Assembly (NCBI GenBank): GCA_035293105.1
Contig: DATDOV010000100.1
Span: 90,857 to 154,856, forward strand
Length of the DNA stretch: 64,000 nt
From: Blastocatellia bacterium
GTDB taxonomy: Bacteria > Acidobacteriota > Blastocatellia > UBA7656
Direction of reading: 5' to 3'
Shown one piece after another: positions 26,789 to 36,870 of the stretch. The notes beneath the pieces were generated by a model that worked only from the letters and a program-made list of their open reading frames with translations, did not search any database and was not told the origin of the DNA. Both the position numbers and the translations under genes were made by a program. Each line of letters starts with the position of its first letter. Positions within the stretch are counted from its first letter, which is position 1.

Positions 26789-27628
26789 TCACTTCACTGC
26801 GCGCTTCAGCTCTTTCAGCGCGTCCCTGAGCAGAATCTTGATCTCCTTTTCCGTCGCGTGAAGCACGCGGGCCGTATCCTTCAGGCTCAGCCCTTCTTCG
26901 TAGCGAAACTCGACGGCGAGTCGCTGGCGCGCCGTTAGGCACTCCATCGCCCGGTTCATCCGGGCTTCGGCTTCCCGTTCGAGCAACGCCATTTCGGGAT
27001 CGGTTCTGTAGTCGAGGAGCTGAACGGCGAACCCCGTCTCTTCGTCGACTTCATCGATTGAAACTTCACCACGCGCCCGAGCGAGGTTGCCCATCAGCCG
27101 CCAGAGTTTCTTTCGGCTCAAGAGGGAAAAAATGCGCTCGAGAGAATCCAGCACGGAGACGAGGTCGGTGTCGGTGTTGGTTTCCAGGTGCAACTGTTCG
27201 CGGATCGCCGAGGGAGTCAGCCCCTTCCAGAAGTAGAGCTCGAAGATGCGCTGTTCTCGCAGCGGCAGCCGCGTAATAGGCTTGAGCAGCCGTTTTCGTC
27301 CTTCTTCCGACCAGGCCCAGTTGATCGAGAGGTTCCTGACGACTTGAAGCAACCAGGGCGTCAACTCGCCGCTGTTGCCGGCATAACGAACCGATTTCAA
27401 CCTTCGAAAATCCTGCTCCGAGAGCTTTTCGCAGATGTAAACGAACCGGTCCATCGCCCGGTCGTAATCGAAGCCCTGCCGCTGAAGGAACGCGAATATG
27501 ACGTCGGAATAGCGATCTATGAAGACCTCCCACGCGCGCTGCGGGTCGGAGTGAAAGAGCGCGATAAGCTCCGCGTCAGGCGGCGTGGCAGCGACAATCG
27601 CGTCACCAGAGGCCTCGCTTGTCTTCAT
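26789..27628 (-). CDS. sigma-70 family (ECF-like, extended) RNA polymerase sigma factor
   Basis: Region-2-like LTPWLLQVVRNLSINW and region-4 HTH LTARQRLAVEFRYEEGLSLKDTARVLHATEKEIKILLRDALKEL. Confidence 0.65.
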   Translation of the reverse strand: MKTSEASGDAIVAATPPDAELIALFHSDPQRAWEVFIDRYSDVIFAFLQRQGFDYDRAMDRFVYICEKLSEQDFRRLKSVRYAGNSGELTPWLLQVVRNLSINWAWSEEGRKRLLKPITRLPLREQRIFELYFWKGLTPSAIREQLHLETNTDTDLVSVLDSLERIFSLLSRKKLWRLMGNLARARGEVSIDEVDEETGFAVQLLDYRTDPEMALLEREAEARMNRAMECLTARQRLAVEFRYEEGLSLKDTARVLHATEKEIKILLRDALKELKRAVK

Positions 27629-27735
27629 TATCGGCTAAGAATAGTCCGAGCGGCCTCGCCTGTCACCTCCGAACTGGCCGTCGAGCCGATGGCCGCAAGC
27701 GCCCGGCCCCTCAGATAGGTCCGATGTCTGCGGAC

Positions 27736-28212
27736 TCAATCTCCAACTTTTCGGATCCTCTCGATGATCTCAGTTGTCGACGAGCCGGCCACAAAAGGCA
27801 GCGATACCACCGATCCGCCCGCGGCTTCGACTTCATCCCGGCCGACTATCTGCTCAACCGGCCAATCGCCGCCCTTGACCAACACATCAGGTAAGAGCAC
27901 GGCGATCAACTCGCGCGGCGTCTCCTCTTCGAAGATCACGACATAGTCGACGGCTTCGAGCGCCGCTATTACCTCAGCCCGCTCCCGCTCGTTGAGTATC
28001 GGCCGCCCCGCGCCCTTGAGCGAGCGCACAGAGCGGTCACTGTTGAGGGCCACAACCAAGGCATCTCCCAGCGCACGGGCCTGGCAAAGGTAACGCACGT
28101 GGCCGGCGTGCAGCAGGTCAAAGCAGCCATTGGTGAAGACGACGCGTTTGCCTTCAAGGCGCAAACGCCGCCGTTCTTCCTGGAGAGACGCCCTGTCCAG
28201 AATCTTGGTCAT
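27736..28212 (-). CDS. D-beta-D-heptose 1-phosphate adenylyltransferase (RfaE/HldE domain II-type cytidylyltransferase)
   Basis: [36 protein letters not shown] nucleotidyltransferase HxGH motif. 158 aa single domain. Confidence 0.7.
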   Translation of the reverse strand: MTKILDRASLQEERRRLRLEGKRVVFTNGCFDLLHAGHVRYLCQARALGDALVVALNSDRSVRSLKGAGRPILNERERAEVIAALEAVDYVVIFEEETPRELIAVLLPDVLVKGGDWPVEQIVGRDEVEAAGGSVVSLPFVAGSSTTEIIERIRKVGD

Positions 28213-28365
28213 CGCCGATAACCAGTCTTATAGCATACGGCCCCGAGTCTACGCACCAGGGTAGCCGCGCGCAATCGGCGGGTTCCTGAACGAGTCGCCT
28301 CCAGCAGCGTTTGACAGACTCGGAGGAACCTGACAGTTTGCCTCTCGTCCGCGACTCCACGAGTT

Positions 28366-29334
28366 ATGCGATCAACCTTCGCGTCATTCTTCAATACCCG
28401 GCACAAGCTCAGCTTGCTCAACTGGGCGGCGTTTGTAAAAAACCTACGGAGCAGCAAGAATGTCGGCTGGCGCCTGGCACGCATCGGTCTGATGACCTTC
28501 GCCGGCGTCGCGATTCTCATAATGGGATTTGAAGACAGGCTTATTTACTTCCCGTCGAAGTACCCCGAAGGCTTGTGGGATGTCAGTCGGATTCCCCAAG
28601 TAGAAGGTGAGATTGTCCCAAACATCGAGGACTGCTACTTCGTGACGAGCGATGGCGTGAAGCTCCACGGGTGGTTCTGCACTCCTCGCCGGACGGCACG
28701 TGGTTCGCTCGAGCCAATCCCGGCCGACATGGTGCTGTTGTGGTTTCACGGGAACGCCGGCAACGTGACCGACCGCTACGATATGATTCGAGTAATGATG
28801 GGAATCCCGGTGCAGGTGTTCATCGTCGATTATCGCGGCTACGGCAAGAGCGAGGGCAGCCCGTCGGAGCAGGGTCTGTACCTCGACGCGCGCGCGGCCT
28901 GGGATTACCTTGTCTCCGAGCGCGGCGTCCGGCCCGGGAACATCATCATTCTTGGTAAATCACTCGGCGGCGTGCCGGCGATAGACCTTGCGAGTAAGGT
29001 TGACCCCGCCGGGCTGATCGTTCAGTCGAGCTTCACGTCTGCTCACGATATGGCTGCGGCGGTGATGCCGCTGCTGCCGCGCTTTCTGATTCACAGCAGG
29101 ATGGAATCGGTGAAGAAGATCCCGGTGGTGCGCTGTCCGAAGTTGTTCATTCACAGCCCGCGCGACGAAGTCGTGCCGTATGAACTTGGCCGCCGCCTGT
29201 TTGACGCCGCTTCCGAACCGAAACAGTTCTACACCGTCGAAGGCGCAGGTCACAACGAGACTTACTTTGTGGGTGGCAACCGGTATGTCGAAGCGGTTCG
29301 TCAGTTTGTCGAGTCGTGCCGTCCGCCGGAATAG
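28366..29334 (+). CDS. alpha/beta hydrolase (BAAT/Bem46-like)
   Basis: HGNAGN oxyanion region, nucleophile elbow GKSLGG, C-terminal His. N-terminal TM. Start codon uncertain. Confidence 0.6.
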   Translation: MRSTFASFFNTRHKLSLLNWAAFVKNLRSSKNVGWRLARIGLMTFAGVAILIMGFEDRLIYFPSKYPEGLWDVSRIPQVEGEIVPNIEDCYFVTSDGVKLHGWFCTPRRTARGSLEPIPADMVLLWFHGNAGNVTDRYDMIRVMMGIPVQVFIVDYRGYGKSEGSPSEQGLYLDARAAWDYLVSERGVRPGNIIILGKSLGGVPAIDLASKVDPAGLIVQSSFTSAHDMAAAVMPLLPRFLIHSRMESVKKIPVVRCPKLFIHSPRDEVVPYELGRRLFDAASEPKQFYTVEGAGHNETYFVGGNRYVEAVRQFVESCRPPE

Positions 29335-29359
29335 GCGCGACCACCGCTGCAAATAACCG

Positions 29360-30037
29360 CTAATCGAAAAGCCTCTCAAGCTCCTCGATCGAGAGTCCGA
29401 CGAGGCTGTCGCGCACGAGATCGGCGCGCCGGAGTTGCTCTCGAGAGTAGGAGTTGCAAACGGCCAGGCTCCTCATTCCGGCGTCGAGGGCCGCTTGAAT
29501 GCCTGGAATGGAATCCTCGATGACCAGGCACTCCGCGGGCTGGATCGGCTGCGCCTCTGCCGCGTTAAGAAGCGCCAGAGCGCGAAGAAACGGATCCGGG
29601 TGCGGCTTTCCGCGCGCGGTGTCGCCGGCGCAAACCAGTTCCTGAAAGCAGCCGCGAATGTCGCCGTGCGCGAGGATCGCTTCGACTTCGTGGCGAACCG
29701 CGCCGGAAGCGATGGCGAGGGGGTACCGCTCAGCCGCCAGCCGCACGAAATCAACAACGCCAGGGAATATCCGAAGTTTAGCGCGCAAGACCGGCTCGAA
29801 GTTCTCCCCTTTTCGGCGAAGCAGCGACTGCAGTTCCGATTCCGGCAGCGGGCGCTCGCGGTCGGCATAGACCTGAAGGAAACAGTGTCGGTCGTCGAGC
29901 GCGAGGTAGCGGCTGTAGTAGTCATCCTCGGTGAGAGTAATGCCTTCCGCGTCAAGCACGCTGCGAAACGCGGCCAGGTGAAGCGGTTCAGTGTCGGCGA
30001 TAACGCCGTCGCAATCAAGGACTATTGTCCGAAGCAT
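29360..30037 (-). CDS. HAD-superfamily hydrolase (beta-phosphoglucomutase-like)
   Basis: Motif I LDCDGVIADTE. Start set at MLRTIV (ATG 30037). The longer ORF to 30205 is an unlikely extension. Confidence 0.65.
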   Translation of the reverse strand: MLRTIVLDCDGVIADTEPLHLAAFRSVLDAEGITLTEDDYYSRYLALDDRHCFLQVYADRERPLPESELQSLLRRKGENFEPVLRAKLRIFPGVVDFVRLAAERYPLAIASGAVRHEVEAILAHGDIRGCFQELVCAGDTARGKPHPDPFLRALALLNAAEAQPIQPAECLVIEDSIPGIQAALDAGMRSLAVCNSYSREQLRRADLVRDSLVGLSIEELERLFD

Positions 30038-30214
30038 CGGGTAGAGAGTACGGCAGGGACAGACGCAAGACAAGACGGGTGGATAGTTGCGATAGTTGCT
30101 GAAGGGTGGATAGTTCCGGCGGAGGCCGCGCCGATCCCGCGCAAAAAAATGCCGGGGCCATCCGAACCCGGCCCCGGCAGTCGCACACCCCAGTCCCCAC
30201 CCCATTCTGTTCTG

Positions 30215-30910
30215 TTACTGGGGCTGGGCTTGTTGCTGCTTCTTCTTGGCCGCGTCGGCCATCTGCTTCATCGCTTGCGCGGCTTCGTCCCGCGGGATTG
30301 AGCCGTCCTTGTTAAGATCGAGCGCTTTGAACATCTTCTCGTTGGTCAGTTCATCGGGAGTGATCTTGCCATCTTTGTTCTTGTCGTTGTTCGCGAAGAA
30401 ACTGCCAACGTCGACGCCGCCAGTCGCCTGGGCTTGCGCCTCGTTTACCGCTTGAAGGAAGCGGCCCAGTTCTTCTTGATTGACCTGTCCATCGTGATCT
30501 TTGTCGAGGACGTCGAACAACTGGAGCAGCTTTGCAAACTCCTCGCGTGATACTTTCGTGTCGGCGTCAGCGTCGAGGAATTTGGTGAGGTTCTCGTTAA
30601 GGCGCATTCCGCCGCCGCCCGGTCCGCCCATCATCATCCTCGACCTCGAGCGGTTGACTTCTTCCTCGTCGAGAACGCCATCTTTGTTTTCGTCGAGGCG
30701 ATCGAAGAACTGCTGCGGACCCGGGAATTCATCCTTGCTGATCTTCTTGTCCTTGTTCTTGTCCATTTCCTCGAAGGTCGGCATCTGAAATCGCATCGTC
30801 TGCATACCGCCCGGGGGCGGCATTGGAGGCGGCTCTTGCGCTGGCACAACAGCGACGCAGCCGGCAACCGCAATCGATGCGAGTGCAAGGCGACATAGAA
30901 TCCTGATCAT
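30215..30910 (-). CDS. secreted EF-hand calcium-binding repeat protein
   Basis: Six DxDxDG-type loops (DKNKDKKISKDEF, DENKDGVLDEEE, DADADTKVSREEF, DKDHDGQVNQEEL, DKNKDGKITPDEL, DLNKDGSIPRDE). Signal peptide with AGC lipobox. Confidence 0.7.
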   Translation of the reverse strand: MIRILCRLALASIAVAGCVAVVPAQEPPPMPPPGGMQTMRFQMPTFEEMDKNKDKKISKDEFPGPQQFFDRLDENKDGVLDEEEVNRSRSRMMMGGPGGGGMRLNENLTKFLDADADTKVSREEFAKLLQLFDVLDKDHDGQVNQEELGRFLQAVNEAQAQATGGVDVGSFFANNDKNKDGKITPDELTNEKMFKALDLNKDGSIPRDEAAQAMKQMADAAKKKQQQAQPQ

Positions 30911-30941
30911 ATCAACTCCCCCTCTCGTTTCAGTGACTCAG

Positions 30942-33900
30942 TTAGAAGCTGAACCTCATCGCGAGCTCGATCCTGCGAGGCTGGCCCGCGCGGTTCGCTC
31001 TCCCGAAGAAGGACGACGTGAGAACGCCGTTGTAGTTCATGAAGTTCGTGTGGTTGAAGATATTATTCGCGTTGACGCTGATGGTGACGTTGTACTTGTG
31101 CCGGTTGTTGCCGAAGAACCCGGCCATCGCACCGGCCATCCCTCCGCCTCCGCCCCCGCCGCCGCGCGGCATCCCTCCGCCGATCGCGCCGGGAATGGCG
31201 AAGCCACCCCCGCCCTGACCGCCGCGGTTACCGCCGCCCTGGTTTCCCCCCCGGCCGCCGCCGCCCCGGCCTCCCTGATTCTGCGCTTGTTGGCCGGTTT
31301 GCGGTTGCGCTTGACCTTGACCACCTTGTCCGCCGCCGGCAGCACGCGCCCCAAAAGCGTTGTTCGGAGGCGGCCCGAAACCAAACGTCTTCGAGACGCT
31401 GACGTTCGCATTGAACGCGCCGGGTCCCTGACCGAAGTTCCGCGGGATGATCTCGTCACTCGGAAGCGGATTCGGATTGAAGACCCCGAAGCGAGTGACC
31501 ACGGCTCCGCTCTGCCCGACTCTGCCAAAGGCCGGCCGGTCCGTTGTGACTACGTTATCGCGATTGTTGTCCCGGCCGGTGGTGATGTTGAAAGGACGGC
31601 CCGAGTTCGCGGTGACGAACGGGCTTATTCGCAAACCCCACGGCAGCGAGATCGATCCGCCGACGAATACCTGATGCCGGGCATCCGAGCCGGCGCGGCC
31701 ATACTCTGAAGACAGATCGTAGGAATTGGCTGGGAAGCTCCCCGCGCCATCCGCGTCGCTTCGGGTCGAGGCGAGCGTGTAGTTGCCGAACAATGAAAAC
31801 GTGCGGCTGATGTTGGTCCTGATCCCGAACCTCAGCTCGTGCCGGTTCGACAAGCCAGTAGACTCGTACTGATAGATAGGTCCCTTGTCGGGGAAAGGTC
31901 GGGCCAGCGGGTCCGAAGAACCCAAGAACGGCACGTTGATGTTCCGACTTCTCAACAAGTGTACGCCGCGACTAAACGAGTAGCCCACAGACCCGAACAG
32001 CTTCAGGGGTAACTGCCGCTCGTAGTTGACCTGCGAAACGATCACGTATGGAGCGTTGAGGCCCTCTGACTTCTGACGCGTGGTCGGCTGGCGGGCCGCG
32101 CCGAACGAATCCGGAATTTTGGGAAAGAAATTCGGTGACGGAATCACGAATTGCTGCTGCCGAGCCGGATCGGACCTGAGAACACTGAACGTGATTCCGC
32201 TATCGATCTGGCTGTAGAAGATCCCGGCTCCCAATCGAATCGTGCTTTTCGCCTTCTTGTCCGGCACCCACGCCAGCCCGAATCGCGGCGCGAAATTGAG
32301 CTTGTCCTGAAGGTGCGTCTGGAACTCATGACGAACCCCGTACGACAGCGTCAGCCTGGGTGAGATTCTCCAGTCGTCCTGGACGAACCAGCCCATCTCC
32401 CACTGCGAGAGTCCGACGAACGGGTCGCCGCGGTTTATGGAGAACTGAGTCGGGTTATAGCCGGGCCGCGCGGCCAGCACACGGCGATAGAGTTCAATCG
32501 GCCGGATCGGAACCGGCGCCTTGCCGCTCAACGCCGATGGATTTCCATCCTCGTCGATCGGACGGCCTTGAGCGTCGCGCTCGAAGTCCGAGCCGAACGT
32601 AAATGTCCCGCCGAAGTTTCCCCGGTCCAGGTTCTCCAGGTGAACACCTTCGGCGCGATAACCAGCTTTGATGGTGTGCTTCTTGTAGGTGTAGGTAACG
32701 GTGTCAGTGAAGTCGAGGTTGTCGTTCGAATTGTCCTGAAACAACGATCCTTGATTACCGCCGCGGTTGAACGACTCAAGGACGACGATTGCCGTCTCAT
32801 CAGTCAGAGCCCGTGAATGCGTAGTCCTTCGGCTGAGCTGGAGCCGCGCCTCGTTGACTGAGTGCTCAGAGACTATCGTAGTGAGCGAGAATCTCAACGT
32901 GTGTTCCCGCGAAGAGCGGTTGAAGGCTCGCTCCGGAAGGTCGAATCCGCTGCCCAGCCCCTGATTCAACGCCGTGTTCTTGAAAACCCTGTAGCCAAAC
33001 CCCACAGTGTGTTTCTTCGTGGCGAGGTAGTCCGTTCGAATATCAAAATTGACGACCCTCGTCGGCGTTATCACCGTGGTGACGAAGGGCACGGCAGCGA
33101 AGCTCGCCGGATCGAGCACCGTTGCGTTGACAACGTCGTTCTCGCTCTGATCGCGCCGGTCAAGGTTCACGAAGAAGCCCCATCGGTTCCTGATGATCGG
33201 CCCGTTGAAGTTGCCGCCGTAGTTCTTCACCTGAAGCGGATCGCGTTGCGTGGCAAACGCATTGCGGCCGTTGAGCGACTCATCGTTGAAATTGAATCTG
33301 AACCCGCCGTGGAACGTGTCGGTACCCGGTTTAGTGACGATCTCGATTCGCATGTTGCCCGGTTCGGAGAACTCGGCCGAAAACGGATTGGCGTTTATGC
33401 GAATCATCTGGATCGCTTCCTTTGGCGGGATGCGGCCGCGCTCGCGGAAGCCTCCGACGTAGATTGCGGCGTCGTCGGACCCCCCGGCGGCGCCCGCCAT
33501 TGCCTTGAGCTGCGCCAGCATCTCGTCCGGGTCGTCGGGAAGCGCCTCAAGGTCCTTCTCGGTCAGCGTGATCGACGAGAGGTTTTTATCAGGTTCGGTC
33601 GAGACGCCGGCCGCCTCGTCCTTTACTTCCATCTGTTCGGCGATGAAAACCTTGAGCTTTATGTCCAGAGCGGTGGCGCGCCTGGAGGTGAGTTCGACTT
33701 GCTGGGTGAACTTCGCGAAGCCCTCGACTTCGACGGTCAGCGTGTAGGCGCCCGGTCTGATGCCGGTGATTCGATACCGGCCCTTCTCGTCTGTTTGCGC
33801 CGTGTACTTGTGTCCCTTCCCATCGTCAAGGACCACCGGCGCGGCCGCCAGAAAAGCGCCCGTCTCGTCAATCACCGTGCCGTGAACCTCCAACGTGGCT

Positions 33901-33998
33901 TGCGCGTAAGCGGTCCCGCGCGGATCGAGTCCACCGTAACCGGCCGCCAATAAAAGCAGGCTGAGGGTTGCTGCGATTGTTCTTTTCATCATCTTCAA
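30942..33998 (-). CDS. TonB-dependent-receptor-like outer-membrane protein with N-terminal CarboxypepD_reg domain
   Basis: Signal peptide. VHGTVIDETG...KGRYRITGIRPGAYTLTVEVEGF (carboxypeptidase-regulatory fold). 1018 aa with a C-terminal ...RRIELAMRFSF beta-barrel terminus. Gly/Gln-rich low-complexity insert. Confidence 0.7.
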   Translation of the reverse strand: MKMMKRTIAATLSLLLLAAGYGGLDPRGTAYAQATLEVHGTVIDETGAFLAAAPVVLDDGKGHKYTAQTDEKGRYRITGIRPGAYTLTVEVEGFAKFTQQVELTSRRATALDIKLKVFIAEQMEVKDEAAGVSTEPDKNLSSITLTEKDLEALPDDPDEMLAQLKAMAGAAGGSDDAAIYVGGFRERGRIPPKEAIQMIRINANPFSAEFSEPGNMRIEIVTKPGTDTFHGGFRFNFNDESLNGRNAFATQRDPLQVKNYGGNFNGPIIRNRWGFFVNLDRRDQSENDVVNATVLDPASFAAVPFVTTVITPTRVVNFDIRTDYLATKKHTVGFGYRVFKNTALNQGLGSGFDLPERAFNRSSREHTLRFSLTTIVSEHSVNEARLQLSRRTTHSRALTDETAIVVLESFNRGGNQGSLFQDNSNDNLDFTDTVTYTYKKHTIKAGYRAEGVHLENLDRGNFGGTFTFGSDFERDAQGRPIDEDGNPSALSGKAPVPIRPIELYRRVLAARPGYNPTQFSINRGDPFVGLSQWEMGWFVQDDWRISPRLTLSYGVRHEFQTHLQDKLNFAPRFGLAWVPDKKAKSTIRLGAGIFYSQIDSGITFSVLRSDPARQQQFVIPSPNFFPKIPDSFGAARQPTTRQKSEGLNAPYVIVSQVNYERQLPLKLFGSVGYSFSRGVHLLRSRNINVPFLGSSDPLARPFPDKGPIYQYESTGLSNRHELRFGIRTNISRTFSLFGNYTLASTRSDADGAGSFPANSYDLSSEYGRAGSDARHQVFVGGSISLPWGLRISPFVTANSGRPFNITTGRDNNRDNVVTTDRPAFGRVGQSGAVVTRFGVFNPNPLPSDEIIPRNFGQGPGAFNANVSVSKTFGFGPPPNNAFGARAAGGGQGGQGQAQPQTGQQAQNQGGRGGGGRGGNQGGGNRGGQGGGGFAIPGAIGGGMPRGGGGGGGGMAGAMAGFFGNNRHKYNVTISVNANNIFNHTNFMNYNGVLTSSFFGRANRAGQPRRIELAMRFSF

Positions 33999-34072
33999 GT
34001 CTCACTGTTCTCGCCGAGCGAGTTTGACTCCACTGTGTACAACTATCAGCAGGGACTATGAGAATGCCGCGG

Positions 34073-34480
34073 TCATCTCTTTTGACCCTGGTGCCCTTTC
34101 TCGCGATCCTTACCGCGGTCATCCTGTCTCCTGAGCATCTCTTCGAATTTGGGCACCTGTTGCGGCGTGAGGATGGCGCGAATCTTCTCGCGGCCTTGTT
34201 GTCGAACAGCCGTCATACGCGGCTCCATTTCTTTTCGAATCTCGCTGTAACGGGAGAAGGTCTCATCGAGCACCGCGCCGATCTGTTCCCGCTGTTCGGG
34301 AGCGAGCGCAAGTTCGTCGGTCATCTTCTTGAGGATGAACTCCCGCGGGTTCCCGCGAGGTCCGGGTCCTCCGGCGCGAAGGTAGAGGTTCATCGAGAGC
34401 CCCCCGGCCGCGAAGCCGATCACGAAGATCGCCAACACTACAAACCCCGCCTTTGTCTTACTCGTAGCCCTACTTTCCAT
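34073..34480 (-). CDS. Spy/CpxP-family periplasmic protein (LTxxQ motif)
   Basis: LAPEQREQIGAVLDE and LTPQQVPKFEEMLRRQ LTxxQ-type repeats. Signal anchor present. Confidence 0.55.
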   Translation of the reverse strand: MESRATSKTKAGFVVLAIFVIGFAAGGLSMNLYLRAGGPGPRGNPREFILKKMTDELALAPEQREQIGAVLDETFSRYSEIRKEMEPRMTAVRQQGREKIRAILTPQQVPKFEEMLRRQDDRGKDREKGHQGQKR

Positions 34481-35006
34481 CTTCCCTCTCCTCGACCGCC
34501 ACTAACCTTTCGAGCTCGTCGGCCGGCGTCGGCACCGGAGCCTCGAACGCGCGGATCATCGCTGAATCGACGGACTGGCTGACTGAGACCGGCGCAGATG
34601 GCGACCAACGCTCGATCAGCAAGGTTGCCCCGATGATCAGCACCAGCAGCATCGCCATCGCGGGTATCAATTGGCGGGCGGCCAGCGTGAGCACCGCCGC
34701 CCACGAATCGTCGCGACTCGCGGCGAGTTGTTCTTCGTCGTTGGGTCCGCGCGCGATTCTCGCACGCAAGAGAGCGAAAAACTCCCTGCCCGGTTCGATC
34801 ACGTCCGGCGCCGCCGCTGCGTCGAGCGCCGCCCGGCTCAGGAGAAAGACCTCATGCTCACGCGCGCACGCGGGACACCCCTCCAGATGATCGCCGAGCG
34901 CGAGCCGGACTTCCGGCGGCAACTTGGAGTTTGGCGCGGCCAGCGCGCCGAATGATCTACGCGTCTGCCTGCATCCAATTCGCGTCTCTCTACCTTGTCT
35001 GTTCAT
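34470..35006 (-). CDS. anti-sigma factor (zf-HC2)
   Basis: HLEGCPACAREHE motif and a TM helix LIPAMAMLLVLIIGATLLI. It overlaps the upstream sigma gene by 4 nt. Confidence 0.55.
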   Translation of the reverse strand: MNRQGRETRIGCRQTRRSFGALAAPNSKLPPEVRLALGDHLEGCPACAREHEVFLLSRAALDAAAAPDVIEPGREFFALLRARIARGPNDEEQLAASRDDSWAAVLTLAARQLIPAMAMLLVLIIGATLLIERWSPSAPVSVSQSVDSAMIRAFEAPVPTPADELERLVAVEEREDGK

Positions 35007-35770
35007 TTGTTCATCCTCTGCTTGTGCTCGGCGCTCAACAGCAACCGTTTCATCGCCGATCGCAGCGTCCGGCGCGCGCGAAAGGCGCGCACCTTAACTT
35101 TCGAGATTCCCCATCCAGTCATCTCGGCCACTTCCTTCACCGAGAATCCGTCCCTGTCAATCAGCACCAGCACCAATCGATCCTCGGGGTCGAGCTTTGC
35201 CAGCAACCGCTCTGCAACCGCGGCCGCCTCACGCTGCCGCTCCGCGCTTTCATGCCTGTCGCGCGCAACGGTCAGCATCTGGACTTCGAGCCACTCGTCT
35301 TCCTGCTCGACCGTCCGCGGCATCTGGTACTCGATGCGGCGGCGTTGCGCCCTCAGGTGATCGTAGCACGCGTTGACCGCGATCTTTGCGACCCACGCCT
35401 CGAACGACCGTCCTTGAGTGAAGCTCCGAAGTGAGAAGTACGCTCGGGCGAAGACTTCTTGCGCGATGTCCTCAACCACGTCCCGCCGCCGAAAAAAGCT
35501 GGCGATGATGCTGAAGACTCGCGGGCTGAACCGCCGGACCAGCACCTCGAATGCGTCGTGATCCCCTTCGAGGCTCCGATTGATCAACTCATCATCAGGA
35601 GCATCCTGCAGCGACCCGGCCGGAGGCTCTGCTTCCAGACGGCTGCTCCCCGCATCGATCCCACCGTCTTTCAGCGCTTCCCGATCCGAGCGGACCGTCG
35701 GTTCCGCGTGTCCCCTACTATGCGCGTGCTGAACCTCGGCCTCGATCTGGCTTTTAGGCTGCCCTCGCAA
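35003..35770 (-). CDS. ECF RNA polymerase sigma factor
   Basis: Region 2 FEVLVRRFSPRVFSIIASFFRRRDVVEDIAQEVFARAY...AWVAKIAVNACYDHLR and region 4 FSVKEVAEMTGWGISKVKVRAFRARRTLR. The N-terminal extension may be shorter than the ORF. Confidence 0.75.
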   Translation of the reverse strand: MRGQPKSQIEAEVQHAHSRGHAEPTVRSDREALKDGGIDAGSSRLEAEPPAGSLQDAPDDELINRSLEGDHDAFEVLVRRFSPRVFSIIASFFRRRDVVEDIAQEVFARAYFSLRSFTQGRSFEAWVAKIAVNACYDHLRAQRRRIEYQMPRTVEQEDEWLEVQMLTVARDRHESAERQREAAAVAERLLAKLDPEDRLVLVLIDRDGFSVKEVAEMTGWGISKVKVRAFRARRTLRSAMKRLLLSAEHKQRMNK

Positions 35771-36129
35771 CTGATTCTGCCTTCCTTATCTTTCGCGCCT
35801 GTAAAGCCGGCGCGAACGGGTGGTCCTGCCTTGGTGTCAATCCCGACTAACGCATCAACGTTAACTTTGTTCTGGTTTTTCCTCAACCACGAACACCGCT
35901 GCGAGCAGCCCGGCCTGTCTCTTCTGTTGACAAAGAACGGTTCGATCGCCGACCGAGCTCGATTTGATGCGGCCAGCCAGCGAAGGAAATCTCAATGGAT
36001 ATTCAACCGCCGGCCGTGCTTCCGCGGCCTCCCACACGGCCAACACCCTTATAGACGCACACTAAATCCGCATGGTTACGGAAAATACCGTTACCGTGGG
36101 TGAGGCGGAATCAAATTCCGGCGTGCGGG

Positions 36130-36789
36130 CTACGCGTTGTTGGGGATGACGTAAAACAGCACCGCGAAGTAGTGACAGATGCTCCCGCCAAGGACGAAGA
36201 CGTGCCAGATTGCGTGGTTGAAGGGAACCCGCTTCCACGCATAGAACACCACTCCGGTTGTATACAGGAGGCCACCCGCGAACAGCCACACGATTCCACC
36301 AAGCGCAACGTAGGTGAACAACGGCTTGACCGCGACGACCGCAAGCCAGCCCATCAGCACGTAGATCGCAGTGGACAGGATTGGGAATCTGTTCACGTGA
36401 AAAACCTTGAACAGCATCCCGAGGAGGCACAGGACCCAGATCACACCCAACAGCGCCCAGCCCCACGACCCCCTCAGATTGACCAGCGTGAACGGCGTGT
36501 AGGTCCCGGCGATGAGCAGGTAAATCGCGGCATGATCTACGATCTTGAGAACGTGCTTTGCCCGCGGGGAGCGTGAGCTGTGGTAGAGAGTGGAAGCGGC
36601 GTAGAGAGACACCAGACTTACGCCGAAGACGCTGCATCCCACTATGTGCCACGCGGTGCCGCGAAGGACCGCCAGCACGACGAGAAGGATCAGACCGGCA
36701 ACGCTCAGACCAAGCCCGACGCCGTGAGTGACGCTGTTCGCGGCCTCCTCTACCAAGTTCTTTCGGTGTTCGTGCATCCGCCCAGCCAA
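36130..36789 (-). CDS. hemolysin III / PAQR family channel protein
   Basis: Seven predicted TM helices. N-terminal EEAANSVTHGVGLGLS and C-terminal HAIWHVFVLGGSICHYFAV are characteristic of the HlyIII family. Confidence 0.7.
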   Translation of the reverse strand: MAGRMHEHRKNLVEEAANSVTHGVGLGLSVAGLILLVVLAVLRGTAWHIVGCSVFGVSLVSLYAASTLYHSSRSPRAKHVLKIVDHAAIYLLIAGTYTPFTLVNLRGSWGWALLGVIWVLCLLGMLFKVFHVNRFPILSTAIYVLMGWLAVVAVKPLFTYVALGGIVWLFAGGLLYTTGVVFYAWKRVPFNHAIWHVFVLGGSICHYFAVLFYVIPNNA

Positions 36790-36870
36790 CGCCCCTCTGC
36801 TTGAAGTTCCTCACTCGCGCCGGTCGCGCCTGGGTTAGCCGTGGTAGGCTCCATTTCCGAGGCGCGCCCG

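Noticed and set aside
36062-36814. 250-aa minus-strand ORF overlapping the hemolysin III gene in another frame
   Set aside because: The overlapping frame 36130..36789 encodes a clean 7-TM HlyIII protein. This ORF is Arg-rich with no features.
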